Below, piece after piece: positions 49,840 through 62,851 of a stretch of 64,000 bases of DNA (position 1 is the first letter of the stretch; each line of letters opens with the position of its first letter). Below the pieces are notes generated by a model. The model was not told the origin of the DNA. It did no database searches and worked only from the letters and a program-made list of their open reading frames with translations. This DNA is from Mobula hypostoma (taxonomy: Eukaryota): assembly GCF_963921235.1 (NCBI RefSeq), contig NC_086097.1:174904001-174968000 (forward strand), written 5' to 3'. Made by a program: the position numbers and the translations under genes.

Positions 49840-50597
49840 TATATGTTGACATATCTCATTAAGATGCTACATCAGGATCAGAACAAAACGCAAGAGTCAA
49901 AACGTTTGAGTCATCCTTTTATTAGGTGATGTTCAGTGAAATTGATTCATTAATGTTTTAATTTTAAACTTCAAATGCAAATATTTAAGCTTTAGCTACA
50001 AGTGAACCAATACTGTAGTGGTTCAAAATGCTCAACTCCACAAATTAGCAGACAAAAATAACTAATTTTCAATAAGAAGGCAAAGCAGTATAGGATTAAA
50101 TTACTATCCAGATGCCTAGACAAATAAACTGTTAGAAGAGTGTCACATTGGGCAGCACAGTGCTGCAATGACCATGAGCACAGAAACCTGGTGGAATCAA
50201 ACCAGTTAGACATGGAACCATAATGAGTGAAGGTGTAAAGAAATGCATGATGTAATCTGCATAAAGCTTTTAAAGTCTTAATTAATTCAAATGGAAATAG
50301 AATTGTAAATGTAGCAAGTCAAATAAAAACAGTGCAGGCATATACTAAAAATCTCAAGCAGAAATACTTGATAAAGGTTTCCATTCATATTTCCACCCAA
50401 TTACATTAACCCCAATACTGAAGAGTACCTCCGAAGTTAATTTGGCATCAAAAGGTCTCCGACAAAGGATGCAAAAAATTTTCCCAGAATGTTGACCCAA
50501 GTTTAAATCTTATGATATGATTTAAATGCTATGTACTTTTATTTTTATTCTGTTGTTAAATTCTTATAATGCTACCTGTAATAGGATTGCTGCTTAC

Positions 50598-50752
50598 CTC
50601 TTGTATTTGTCCATTAGCTCTTTCTCAGTCTCCTCACTGTGCCGCATGCCAGCTGGACAGTCTGGAAAATCATCAGGGAAATGTGGGATTCCCTGATACT
50701 GAGAATGCTTAACTCCTTCTTGCAAACCTCCTGCTCGTATACCCCTATAGAT
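50598..50752 (-). CDS. POP1: POP1 coding exon (POPLD domain region); not shown in the supplied ORF track
   Basis: Acceptor tatgtcAG and donor GTaagc. Length 155 nt. Translates [51 protein letters not shown](R), with conserved IYRG.R.GGL and [10 protein letters not shown] motifs. Confidence 0.95.
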
Positions 50753-53700
50753 CTGACATAATAGTCACAAAATTTCATACATGATTAAAACCTCAAAACA
50801 TGGACATTTTACCTACTGGAAAGAAGGGAGGAATTCAAAGAAACAGAGTAGACAGCATCTTTAACTATTGGGTTAATTGAGGGAGGACATAGGAGTGGTA
50901 CAGGTTAAACAGCTCTGGATAGGAGACTGGAGGTGATAGCGGATAAAGTAATGAGTCAGCCTCCCATTACAGCTAAAACAAGCTGCTGGAGGAACTCAGT
51001 GAGTCAGGCAGCACCTGTACAAGGAAATGGACAGTTGATTTCAGGTCGAGACCCTTCACTTGTACCAAAAGAGTACAGGGAAGATAGCTAGTGTAAAAGC
51101 TGGCATGAAATACCTAACATTAGAGGTGGGTAAGATTGCAAAAATGAAAATTAAATGTTCTTCATTTAAAAATATAATTAAAGACAGTCAGCATAGATTT
51201 GTACAAGTCATGTCTCATCTTATGAATTAGAGTTATTTGAGAAAGGATTTCAGTACATTGAAAAGAGAAAAGCATTCGATAAGATACTGCTTTGTGCATT
51301 AATGGCAAGTTCATAATATGCAGTATTAAAAGTATCAGCACTACAACAGGTAGTTGAAGATTTTTGGAGGACCAAGAACAATACCGACTAATCGACTTTT
51401 AATGACTTGAACAACGCTTGCCCCACTGTAAAACAACACAGGTGTCGATCTCAAAAGATAACTAAATAATCTGGCCTTGGTTTACAGGATACAATAGAAA
51501 AATGTACAGACAAAACAAAAAGACAAGCATGGTTAGCTGCCAGGAGGTCTGCAGACGAGTTAAGAGATTAAGTAGAATTAGAAGAGGTCAAGCAACACAC
51601 ACAAAATGCTGGAGGAACGCAGCAGGCCAGGCAGCATCTATGGAAAAGAGTACAACTGACATTTCCGGCCAAGGCCCTTCATAGGGACTAGTTTTTAGAC
51701 GAGGTCAAGGCCACTTGGCCCAAGTAATCAAGTCAGTGTTTGTGATGCATTGGAGACTCCTCCAATCTCCCTTTTAAACACTTTGAAATAATTCCTTCTA
51801 GTTTTCACTGCGATAGTGAATTCTATATCCTGAGCACTCTCGAGGGAAAAGGGCTTACTCTGAATCCACTTCTGATTTCCTTCAAAATATCTCAAATTGA
51901 AAGCATATTTCCCATTATATGAGACACTTTCCTTGTGTGTACTCCATTGAAAGCCTCCATAACTTTGAAAATAATCTGGAGCCACTTTCAAGACACTGGG
52001 AAGATGACAAATGAAATTTAATGCTGGGAAATTAGAAGTTTTGGAACAAGGAACAAGAACATAAATCCAGTAAATGAAAAATCTTTAAAAGCAAGAAAAG
52101 CAGACGGATTGAAGGAATCCAGATAAGTCTTTACCAGTGACAAGTTGACAAGGCTATCTGATAAAGGAAAATAGAACTTAAGTTTTCAAACTGGATTCCA
52201 AATAAGGATAGTGCTGAAGTTAATTACTATATTACTGGCTCACACAAGATTACAAATGCCTGACTTATGTACAACCCTGTACATAATGACAAACATTTGG
52301 GAGACCAGGGGGATAATTTGTCAGCTGTTATGGGGCTGCAGGTACTGTATCCTCTGCCACTTGAGAACTCAGTTTGCACCAATATCATTGCAATTTGCAG
52401 AGAAATTCAAATGGTCGAGTTCAATACCCTGGCTTAACTACACAACACACAAGGTGTTGGAGGAATTTGGCCGATCAGGCAGCATCTTTGGAGGACAATG
52501 AACAGTTGATAGTTTGGGTTGAGGCCCTTCATCTGAACTGATACATTTAACTACACATTACTCTTGATTGATTTAGATTTGTATTTAAATACGCATATTG
52601 CCGGATAGCCACATTTCAAACTTGTGAATGCATAACAACGACAAAAACACCTTTGGCTCCCGAGAAGTTGTCACCTTCCCCACTTTGTTTTCTGTGCTGT
52701 GAAACAATTCTCAATATGCTCGCCTGTTCTCTATTCCTCAGTGTACGCCAATCTTGTTGACCAACTCCTGCATGGAGCCATACAAGAAGTGTTCAGTTAG
52801 GAGGGAAAACTTGGTAATTGGGGTTTCCTTTACCAGGGCATGGGTCAGACGACCTGACAGATGGTCTCTCTGACAAGGATTGTAAACTGGGTAAAGGTGG
52901 GACAAATAAAGGCAGGAGGTGAAAAGTCAAAGGAAATATGCAAAGAAACCTTTTTTTAAAAAAAGAGTAGGTGCCAGGAATCTGCTGTCAGGGGAGATGG
53001 TGGAGGCTGATACAATAGATATATTTAAGCACTTCTTAGGTAGGTGCATGAATATGCAGAGAATGGAGGGATATGGACCATGGGAAGGCAGAAGGGACAA
53101 TTAGGTGTCATGAACTTAATTATTTCAGTACAATAACAAGGGCTGAAGGATTGTCCCCATGTTGGACTGTTCTATGTTCTTAAATTATTTTTGTTGATTG
53201 GTGAATTAAACCAGAGCAAATAATAGTAATGAATTTATCAATCAAATGAATGAGGTGGAAGAACACATTAAATATAGTCATAGAAAAATACAGCACAGAA
53301 GCGGGCCCTTCGGCCCATCTAGTCCATGCCAAAACCATTTAAACTGCCTACTCCCATCGACCTGCATGGGATCATTGACCTTCATACCCCTACTATCCGT
53401 GTACCTATCTAAAATTCACTTAAACAGTGAAATTTGAATTCATGTGCACCATTTGTGCTGGCAGCTCATTCTACACTCTTACGACCGTCTGAGTGAAGTT
53501 CCCCTTAAAACTTTTCACCTTTCACCCTCAATCCATGACCTCTGTTTGCAGTCCCACCCAACTTCAGTGGAAAAATCCTCCTTGCATTTACCCTGTCTAT
53601 ACCCCTCATACTTTTGTACACCTCTATCAAATCTCTTCTCAATCTTCTACGTTCTAAGGAATAAATTCCTAACCAATTCAACCTTTCCTTATAACTCAAG

Positions 53701-54682
53701 TCCTCCAAACTCAGCAGCATCCTTGTACATTTTCTCTGTACTCTTTTTACATCTTTCCTGTAGGTAGGTGGCCAAAACTGCACACAATACTCCATATCAG
53801 GCCTCACCAATGTCTTATACAACTAACATAATATCCCATCTCCTGTACTCAACACTTAGATTTATGAAGGCCAATCTGCCAAAGGCTTTCTTTACAACCC
53901 TATCAACCTGTGATGCCACTTTCAATGAATTATGGAGCTGTATTTCCAGATCCCTTTGTTCTACCACACTCCTCGGTGCCCTACTGTTCACTGTGCTACC
54001 AGAGTACAACACTTCGCACGTAGCAGCACTAAATTCCATCTGCCATTCTTCAGCCCATTTCCCAGCTGATCCAAATCCCTCTGCAAACCATGATAGCCTT
54101 CCTCACTGTCCACTGCAACCCCAATCTTGGTGTCATCCACAAATTTGCTGATCTAGATAACTGTATTATCATCCAGATCATTGATATAGATGACAAACAG
54201 CCAACCCAACACTGATCGGTGTGGCACACCACTAGTCACAGGCCTCTAGTTACAGAGGTGACCATCTACTACCACACTCTGGGTTCCCCCACATAGACAA
54301 TGTCTAATCCAATTTACCTCATCTTGAATACAGAGCAACTGAACCTTCTTGATCAACCTCCCCTGCGGGACCTTGTCAAATGTCCATGTAGACAACATCA
54401 ATTGGCTTGCCTTCATTCACTTTTCTGGAACCTCCTTGAAAAAATCTATAGGGTTTGTTAGACATGACCAACAACGCACAATTCCATGCTGACTATCCTT
54501 TATCAGTCCATGTCTATCCAGATACTTATATTCGGTCCCTTAGAATACCTTCTAATAATTTTCCCACAACTGATGTCAGACTCATCAGCCTATAATTTTC
54601 TTGTTTATGCTTGGAGCCTTTCTTAAACAGCAGAACAACATTAGCTATCCTCCAATCCTCCACTACCTCATCTATTGGTCGT

Positions 54683-55485
54683 CGTTAGGTCACATCTGGA
54701 ATTTCCAGTTGGCGGATGATTTCCCTCCACACCGCTGTCCCAACAATTGTCCACAACATCCTTAGTCTTGTCCAGCTTGGTCCAATCCTTGATGTTATCC
54801 AGCCACGTTGTTCTTTGCCTTCCTCTTCATTTCTTTCCCTCCACCTTTCCATTTAGCAAGTCCAAGATGTTATCTCTCTGCGTAATTTGTCCACAGTAAG
54901 CAACTTTTAACTTCATAATCTTCTCCAGCAATATCCGTGGTCTATCAACTTCGGACAAAACCCTCTCATTTGAAACTTTCTCTACCCAGCTGATCTTCAA
55001 TATTCGTCGATAGCACCACATTTCAAAAGCATTAATTTGTTTCATGTCATCCTTCTTCAGGGTCCATGTTTCTGATCCATACCTCCGTAATGACCATACG
55101 TAACACTCGAGGCAGCGGATTCTACTTTGGATGTCTACCTTCCGATTGTATCGTAGATCTTTTAGCTTCATGAACTGGGTCTTACCCATACCTATTCTCC
55201 TTCTGATCTCAACTTCACATCTCCCGTCACTGCCAAGATATTCAAACTTTCGCACCTGTTTAATGTCTTGTCCATTCACTTGTAACGATACTATCATGAA
55301 TGAGTCTTTAGTGTTTATTTTGCTTACCACCATCGATTTTGTTTTCTTAGGGCTGATTTAAGTCCGTAGTCAAGACTTTTCTTATTCACTTTATTCAGCA
55401 TAATTTGCAGTTCGCATTCGCTGTCAGCTAACAACATGGTGTCGTCCGCGTACCTGATGTTATCCACCTTCCTGCCTCCGCTTGG
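54683..55485 (-). mobile_element. RTE-clade LINE 3' fragment nested in CR1 (a different, more AT-rich lineage)
   Basis: NIRYADDTMLLADSECELQIMLNKV and FEYLGS..CEVEIRRRIGMGK..YGSETWTL...INAFEMWCYRRILKISWVEKVSNERVL. Confidence 0.9.
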
Positions 55486-56364
55486 AATACCTATTCCTAA
55501 GGATGATATAAATATCTCTGCTAAGGCCCCTGGCACCTCCCACAGGGTCCGAGGGAACAACTTGTCAACCCTGGGAATGTATCCATCCTTATTTGCCTCC
55601 AAGACAACAAACACCTCCTCCTCTGTAATCTATATAGGGTCCACAAATCAATGCTGCTTTGCTTCACTGCAATTGACCCCATGTCCATCTCCTGAGTAAA
55701 TACAAATACAGAACACTTATTTAAGGTTGCCCCAATTTATTTTCGTTCCTCACATAGATTACCATTCTGATCTTCCAGAGGACGAGAGGACCAATTTTGT
55801 CTTTTGCAATCATTTTCCTCTTAACGAATCTGTAGATGCCATCAGGATTCTCCTTCACCACGTCTTCTAGGGCAACTTTATGTCTTCTTTTAGCCCTCCT
55901 GATTTCATTACTAAGCGTTCTCTTGCATTTCTTATACTCCATAAGCACCTCATTTGTTTCTACCTGCCCATGCACCTCATTTTTTTCTCTTAACCAGGAC
56001 CTCAATATCTCCTGAAAACTGAAGTTCCTTACACTTGTTATCTTTACCTTTTATTCTGACAGGCACATACAAACTGTGCACTCTCAAAATTTCATTTTTG
56101 AAAGCCTCCCTCTTACCAAGCACACCTTTGCCAGAAAACAGCCTGTTTCAATCCACATGCCAGATCATTTCTGATACCATCAAAATTGGCCTTTCTCCAA
56201 CTTAGAATCTCAACCCATGGACCAGACCGATCTATTTGCATATTCATTTTGAAACTAATGGCATTGTGATCACAGATGTAAAATGCTCCCCTACACAAAC
56301 TTCTGTCACCTGCCCTGTCTCATTCCCTAAAAGCAGATCACACATTCTCTCGTTGGACTTCTGA

Positions 56365-56935
56365 ATTAAACCGACGTTGTTACTTACATCCTTCACATGC
56401 ACGAGGAGTAAAAATATTTACGTTACATCTCTAAATGAGCAATGTGCAATTTATAGTAATTTGTAATTAGTAGTGTATACAATGGGACAGTTAATATAAC
56501 AGAGAAAAACAATTGTATCAGCGCGAATTAATCAGTCTGATGGCCTAGTGGAAGAAGCTGTCCCGGGCCCTGTTGGTCCTGGTTTTTATTCTGTGGTACC
56601 ATTTCCCAAATGGTAGCAGCTGGAACAGTTTGTGGTTAGGGTGAGTCAGGTCCCCAATGATCCTTCAGGCCCTTTTTACACACCTGTCTTTGTAAATATC
56701 CTGAATAGTCAGAAGTTCACAACTACAGATGAGCTAAGCTGTCCACACCACTCTCTGCAGAATTTTGCGATTGAGGGAATTACAGTTCCCATACCAGGCG
56801 GTGATGCAGCCAGTCAGGATGCTCTCAATTGTGCCCCTTTAGAAAGTCCTTAGGATTTGGGGGCTCAAACCAAACTTCTTCAACCGTCTGAGGTGAAAGA
56901 GGCACTATTGTGCTTTTTTTCTACCACAGCCGGTA
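56365..56935 (-). mobile_element. Rex1/Babar-like 3' fragment nested in CR1
   Basis: Minus strand encodes IESILTGCITAWYGN..QNSA.VVW.TA..LPFGKWY.RIKTRTNR..DSFFH.AIRLIN-like sequence. Confidence 0.8.
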
Positions 56936-57536
56936 TGCAAATTCTATCCCATCTAGTTCTTTTACAGTATGAGAGTCCCAGTCAATATGTGAAAAGTTGA
57001 AATCACCTACTATAACAAAACTATGTTTCTTGCAACAGTCTGCCACCTCTCTATAAATTTGTTCCTCTAAATCCCTTGGGCTTTTCGGTGGTCTGTAATA
57101 TAGCCCCATTAACGTGGTCATACCTTTATTATGTCTCAGTTCCACTCATAACGCCTCACTAGGTGAGTTTGCGAATCTATCCTGACGGAGCACACAGTGA
57201 CATTTTCCCTCACTAGTACCATCACCCCTCCTCCTTTAATCCCTCTCACTCTGTCACATCTAAAACAACAGAACCCCGGACTATTGAGCTGCCATCCTGT
57301 CCCTCCTGCAACCGTCTCACTAATAGCTTCAATATCATAATTCCAGGTGTTGATCCACGCCCTGAGCTCATCTGCCTATACATATTTTAAATATCCATAT
57401 ATTACATATATTTGCTGTGTTCTGGCCATCATCTGTACTTTTGAGAAAACAAAATGGATCGCTATGTAAAAAGCAAAGAATCAAGGAGCCAACAATCCAA
57501 TAGAACCTTTGCAGACAATCATCACAGTGAAATTGG

Positions 57537-57812
57537 GCGCCATGGTAGTGTAGTAGCTAGCGCGATGCTATTACAACTTGGGCTGTTGGAGTCTGGAATT
57601 CAATTTGACGTCCTTGGTGAGGAGTCTGTATGTCCTCCCTGTGGAATGCATCAGTTTCCCCTGGGTATACCCATTTTCTCCTACAGTTCAAAGACATACC
57701 AGGTTGGTGAATTATTCATTGTAAAATGTCCCGCGGGTCAAATTGGGGTTGTTAGAGTTTGCTGCTGAAAGGGCCAGAAGGCCTACTCCGCACTGTATCA
57801 TTAAGTAATAAA
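57537..57812 (+). mobile_element. V-SINE (HE1-like)
   Basis: tRNA-like head ggcgccatggtagtgtagtagctagcgcgatgcta, a V-domain-like core, and tail gggccagaaggcctactccgcactgtatc. Confidence 0.7.
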
Positions 57813-57951
57813 TAACCTCCTGTGTGGCACAGTTTTGCAACTAGCACCATTAGGAAAGGAAAACTCAACCTAAGTTTTGAACTACAACCAAGAACAATAC
57901 ACAAGACATGCAGACAGATCTAAAGTTCAATAATACTTCACACAACATTAC

Positions 57952-58143
57952 CAGAGGAATCCAGAATGCCATTCCCCATCCTTTTGGGAATAGGATATCC
58001 CAGCCACTCCCCCAACCGATGTGCTCCTTTCCAGCCACTTTCCCCGGTTGCTGCACCAGCAGGATGGGAATCTTAGATTCCCGTAGCCCCAGATTCAGCT
58101 GAGATCCAGGGACTAAGAGCTTGCTTTTCATCTGATTTAGCTC
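57952..58143 (-). CDS. POP1: POP1 coding exon
   Basis: Acceptor ttcttgtgttccAG and donor GTaatg. Length 192 nt, phase 0/0. Translates [16 protein letters not shown]...[13 protein letters not shown]....[23 protein letters not shown]. Confidence 0.95.
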
Positions 58144-59209
58144 CTGGAACACAAGAAAAATAACAGCATCTTTAACTTGATAACAAGGCATGAGTTGAAT
58201 ACCACTTCAGTTTATTTTGGAATAACTATTAAAACATTGAAAACTTTGCTGCAAATACGTTTTACTGAAAAAAATTTACAGTACAGTTGGAACCTACTTT
58301 CCACATAATTTCATTATCAGTGTCTTGCTAGAGTAATCCATGACTAATACCTGTCCCACTTTCTCTATTGCCCCTCCCTTTCAATGTTTTCCTGCTGCAA
58401 ACATTTATTTGCTCTTCCGTTGAGAGATGCAACAGTTTCTGCCTTAGCTGCTCCCTACTGAACACTTCAAACATCAAGAACAGATAAAGGTATTAATCAT
58501 GTTTCCACAGTTTCATACTGCACAGAACTGCTGTATTACAGTACAAGTACGAGATCATTTCTTGTGAGAGACGAGAAGAAATTGATTTCTGTATTCCTCA
58601 TTTCCTCACTACCCATTTACCAGGAGCAATGTATAACAGAGATGCAAAGTGCACCAGGTAACAGAAAACAGACAACTTTTTCCAATAAGGTTGTGTGAGA
58701 CTAGAACTGAAGGTCATAGGTTAAGGATGAAAGATGAAATATTAAGGGGAAACTTCTTCACTCAGAGGGTGGCGTGAGTGTGGAACGAGCTGCCACCAAA
58801 GTGGTGGATGCGGGTTTGATTTCAACATTTAAGAGAAGTTTGAATAGGTACATAAATGGGAGAGGTATGGAGGACTATAGCACAGGTATGGGTTGATGGG
58901 ACTAGGCAGAATAACGGTTCAGCACAGGCTAGATGGGCTGAAGGGCCTGCTTTTGTGCCGCAGTGCTATGACTTTTTAACAATTGTGGGAGACAATGGAA
59001 GACTGATTGGTATCCAGGGATTGGGAGTGATTGACCGGTGGTTGAAGAATATCCGGAGGTTGAGGCCCAAAGTTCGAAACACTTGGGTTGGTATGTCCAG
59101 AGGTTGGAGGACTGAGTCCGGGCCAGGGACTGGAGGTTGAAAGCCCAATATCTGTATCTGAGAGCCCAAGGCCAAGGACTGGTGGTCAGAGGCCTGCAGA
59201 CAGCCTTTC

Positions 59210-60090
59210 ATAGCCATAGTCATACTTTATTGATCCCGAGGGAAATTGGGTTTCGTTACAGTTGCACCAACCAAGAATAGAGTATAAATATAGCAATATA
59301 AAACCATAAAAAATTAAATAATATGTAAATTATGCCAGGAAATAAGTCCAGGACCAGCCTATTGGCTCAGGGTGTCTGACCCTCCAAGGGAGGAGTTGTA
59401 AAGTTTGATGGCCACAGGCAGGAATGACTTCCTATGACGCTCAGTGCTGCATCTCGGAGGAATGAGTCTCTGGCTGAATGTACTCCTGTGCCCACACAGT
59501 ACATTATGTAGCGGATGGGAGACATTGTCCAAGATGGCATGCAACTTGGACAGCATCCTCTTTTCAGACACCACCGCGAGAGAGTCCAGTTCCATCCCCA
59601 CAACATCACTGGCCTTACGAATGAGTTTGTTGATTCTGTTGGTGTCTGCTACCCTCAACCTGCTGCCCCAGCACACAACAGCAAACATGATAGCACTGGC
59701 CACCACGGACTCGTAGAACATCCTCAGCATCGCCCGACAGATGTCAAAGGACCTCAGTCTCCTCAGGATATAGAGATGGCTCTGACCCTTCTTGTAGACA
59801 GCCTCAGTGTTCTTTGACCAGTCCAGTTTATTGTCAATTCGTATCCCCAGGTATTTGTAATCCTCCACCATGTCCACACTGACCCCCTGGATGGAAACAG
59901 GGGTCACCGGTGCCTTAGCCCTCCTCAAGTCCACCATCAGCTCCTTAGACTTTTTCACATTAAGCTGCAGAAAATTCTGCTCACATCATGTGACAAAGTT
60001 TCCTACCGTAGCCCTGTACTCAGCCTCATCTCCCTCGCTGATGCATCCAATTATGGCAGAGTCATCAGAAAACTTCTGAAGATGGCAAGA
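59210..60090 (-). mobile_element. Young 5'-truncated Rex1/Babar-like LINE with uninterrupted 199-aa ORF2 C-terminus
   Basis: QKFSDDSAIIG (RT motif) upstream, and ORF 59359-59958 KELMVDLRR..YKYLGIRIDNKLDW..LRRLRSF..SFLPVAIKLYN. (ACTATG)n tail. CTTTC repeated at 59205-59209 and 60091-60095. Confidence 0.92.
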
Positions 60091-60753
60091 CTTTCCTGGG
60101 TATGCAGGCCTATCTGTGTGTGAGAGTAGGGAAAAAGAGCTTGTTTGCTGTAGTATCGTTATCCGTGTGGGTGAGTGGGAGGGAGGAAAAGGGCTTGTTT
60201 TGCTGTTGTTGTTTTGTTGCTTATTGTGTTCTGTGTTGTTCTGCTGAACATTGTGGGAATATGTGGCGATACTTGTGGACTACCCCCAGCACATCCTTAG
60301 GTTGTGCTGGTTATTAACACAAACACCACAGTATGTTTTGATGTACATGTGACATAAATAAATGAATCTGATTTGGTATCACTAGAGCCACTAAATTTTT
60401 TTTGAGTTCGCGGTAGCCAGCCATGGGATCTTTTTCCAAGGGTAAGAGGGCAGAAAGAACCATATCCAAGAGACCTCATCCCTAGCAGCGCAGTGCTTAC
60501 TTGGTTTTGGAGAGTCAGCCTAGATTCCTGGCTCATCACTCTGCAGTAGGAATTAAACACACAAACCTTCTGATTCAGAGGCAAGTGTGATAACAAAGAC
60601 AAGCTGAAAGAAGCAACAAATCCATAAAGCAGGACCAACCAATCATCCAAGAGTTGGAGCAAAGGGAAAACAAAGAGTGAAGAAAAAAAAATCAACTCTG
60701 TATGATATTTTTTCTATTGCAAATATTTTGTCCTTTCACTGTAGTCAAATTAC

Positions 60754-60869
60754 CTGTTCGGAAATTTTAGTTTCTGTAACAAAATTGCGAATGTTCCGAT
60801 CCCAGATCTGACTCTGAGCACATTCTGCCGGAAGTCCTTTAAGAGACAGCTCCTTTTCTTTTTCCAGAT
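60754..60869 (-). CDS. POP1: POP1 coding exon (most 5' one found in this window; upstream exons presumably lie beyond 64000)
   Basis: Acceptor ttgcattgcAG and donor GTaatt. Length 116 nt (2+114). Translates LEKEKELSLKGLPAECAQSQIWDRNIRNFVTETKISEQ, in frame with the next exon (ELNQ...). Confidence 0.88.
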
Positions 60870-62851
60870 CTGCAATGCAAGGGGAAGATCACTGCAGTAA
60901 ACATGTGTTAGTCACATAATCGGAATGCACACAGTTCCCACACCTTGTAGATTTACATTATTTTCTAGAATCGGGTAGCAAAGCCATGGGGATACAAAAC
61001 TGAAAGTTGGGGAAGGGAAGAGTGGGAAGCCAAAAAAAAGAGTAGCAAGATGATTTGTAGTTGCTTTGTTTCCTAAGTAAAGCAGTATAGAGAATGTTGT
61101 AACAGGATTATCTAAAATTGTGCTTATCTTGCACTTTGTTTTCTCCCTGGAAACAAAGACATTTTTAATTTCTTATGAACAACCACAAATACACTTCATC
61201 TGCAGCAGAATGAGGGAATTCCTACAGCAGTCATAAAAGAGAACAAAAACACAAATCAAAGTTAACAATCTAGCAAGAAATCACAACTCAAAACCACTAA
61301 ATGTAACAAATAAACAGGTCCTACAGAAACAATTAGTGTCAGTAAACACAGGATTACACAGGAATCCATAAAGCACTGAGGTCACCTCTGCTGTTAGGAA
61401 AGGAATTCAGAAATTTTCTATAGGTGGTTGGAAGCATCTTCATAAATTCGACAGGTACTTGTGTTGTCCACTGAACTCAACCCCTGCTCACTGCCCCATC
61501 TGATAAGTTTTTTTTAAATATAGGAAGGATTCTAAAGCAAAGGCTCAAACCCAAAGATCCACAATCTCCTATTCAAGTTTAAGACAAGTGCTTGCTGCTC
61601 TGGCAAATTTTTACATCATTATGGTTTAGTTAACATATGGGTACATTTGAAGAAGAGGGTGTTGCCTATTTTTTTTTACCCCCAGGCTAAATGAAGTCAG
61701 ATAAACAAAATAGAAAGATATCAAATATTGCAAGTATGACTGCTCAAGATTTTGGAGTCAAATGCTAGTTATAAATCAAATTGAGGTAAGTCAACTAGAA
61801 CAGTAACTGATTTGTTTACTACAGGCATAATCTGACCCACTCACTGTTTCCAGCATTTTCAGTTTCTATATCAAAAATCAGTAAATGTGGCATGTTTGAC
61901 CTTACCTTTTCATAGGTCCTGCACACATCAATGCGAAACAAAATGATAAGAATGAAAACGAGATAGAATTGCACAGCACTAATAAAGCAGAAAATATGTC
62001 CAAAACATTTGCTCCAATGACATAGCTGGATAAAATTTGATGACAAACAAAATTCTGATATTAGAAGGGGTGATAAAAAGACTGGTCAAAGATGCATGTT
62101 TTAAAGATAACATAAGGAGAGAAGTGTAAATCTAGGTTTTCCTTAATAAATTCAAAAGTACTGCATTATCTTCCCTGATTATAATGAACATTTCAAAAGC
62201 ACTCCATCTGAGATAACAGCTGAGGTTATTAGTACAGTTTGCGTGTGTGCCGCATGCATAGATGTGCAAAGGAAAAGTGAAAAGTCCTTTGTGGATTTCT
62301 GCTGCAAAGCTGCCAGAAAAGCTGTGTGTAATGAAAAACACTTTACAAATATCCACATTTTGCTTTGCTGAAATTTTCCTGTGTTGCTATGGCAGAACCA
62401 AAATATCATTCGGGGTATTTAAATTAAGTGCTCATGGCTGATTTTTTTTTAAGGGTTGCAAAATATTTAACCAAATAAAAAGTGGAAAAATCAGGGCAAG
62501 GATATAAAGGAACACCACAACTTCAACAATTAAAATTACTAATGTCCTAAGCAGCTCATCTGGCAAAAAGCAACCAATTAAATATGGAATACATACACTA
62601 AAACTGTGCGCTCTGCAGGGAAGTTTAACATCACGTTATGTGGATATTCTGACGCCAGTTTAGATCTATGCAACATGTTAATCGTTGCAAATTTCTTGTT
62701 GCAAATACTGTTCTGCACCAAGATGGCCTTGCCAGGATTCAAACCTGGAACATCTGTATGAAGAACAGAGGCTCTCACTGAGCACAAGACCAGCAAAATG
62801 TGCCTAAGTATTTGCTGTTACTGAGATCATAATAATCTAAGACCAAAGGAC

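Larger units (their letters stand above)
53275..57380 (-). mobile_element. Long decayed CR1 LINE (endonuclease to 3' end) hosting RTE and Rex1-like inserts
   Basis: TLMGLYYRPP..IVGDFNFSHIDW (endonuclease), KANFDGIR, YKTLVRPDMEYCVQFW..RLRRDLIEVYK. Reverse tail at ~53275. Confidence 0.9.

Noticed and set aside
51728..51991. 87-aa minus-strand ORF in a POP1 intron as an extra exon
   Set aside because: The flanking POP1 exons join in phase without it (WIPL|IYRG), and the sequence looks like an old LINE 3' remnant.
16619..52540. Any individual hammerhead copy as an active ribozyme (ncRNA feature)
   Set aside because: Every copy examined has at least one change in the CUGAUGA, GAAA or GUC core or in stem I. 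Only the inferred consensus is complete.
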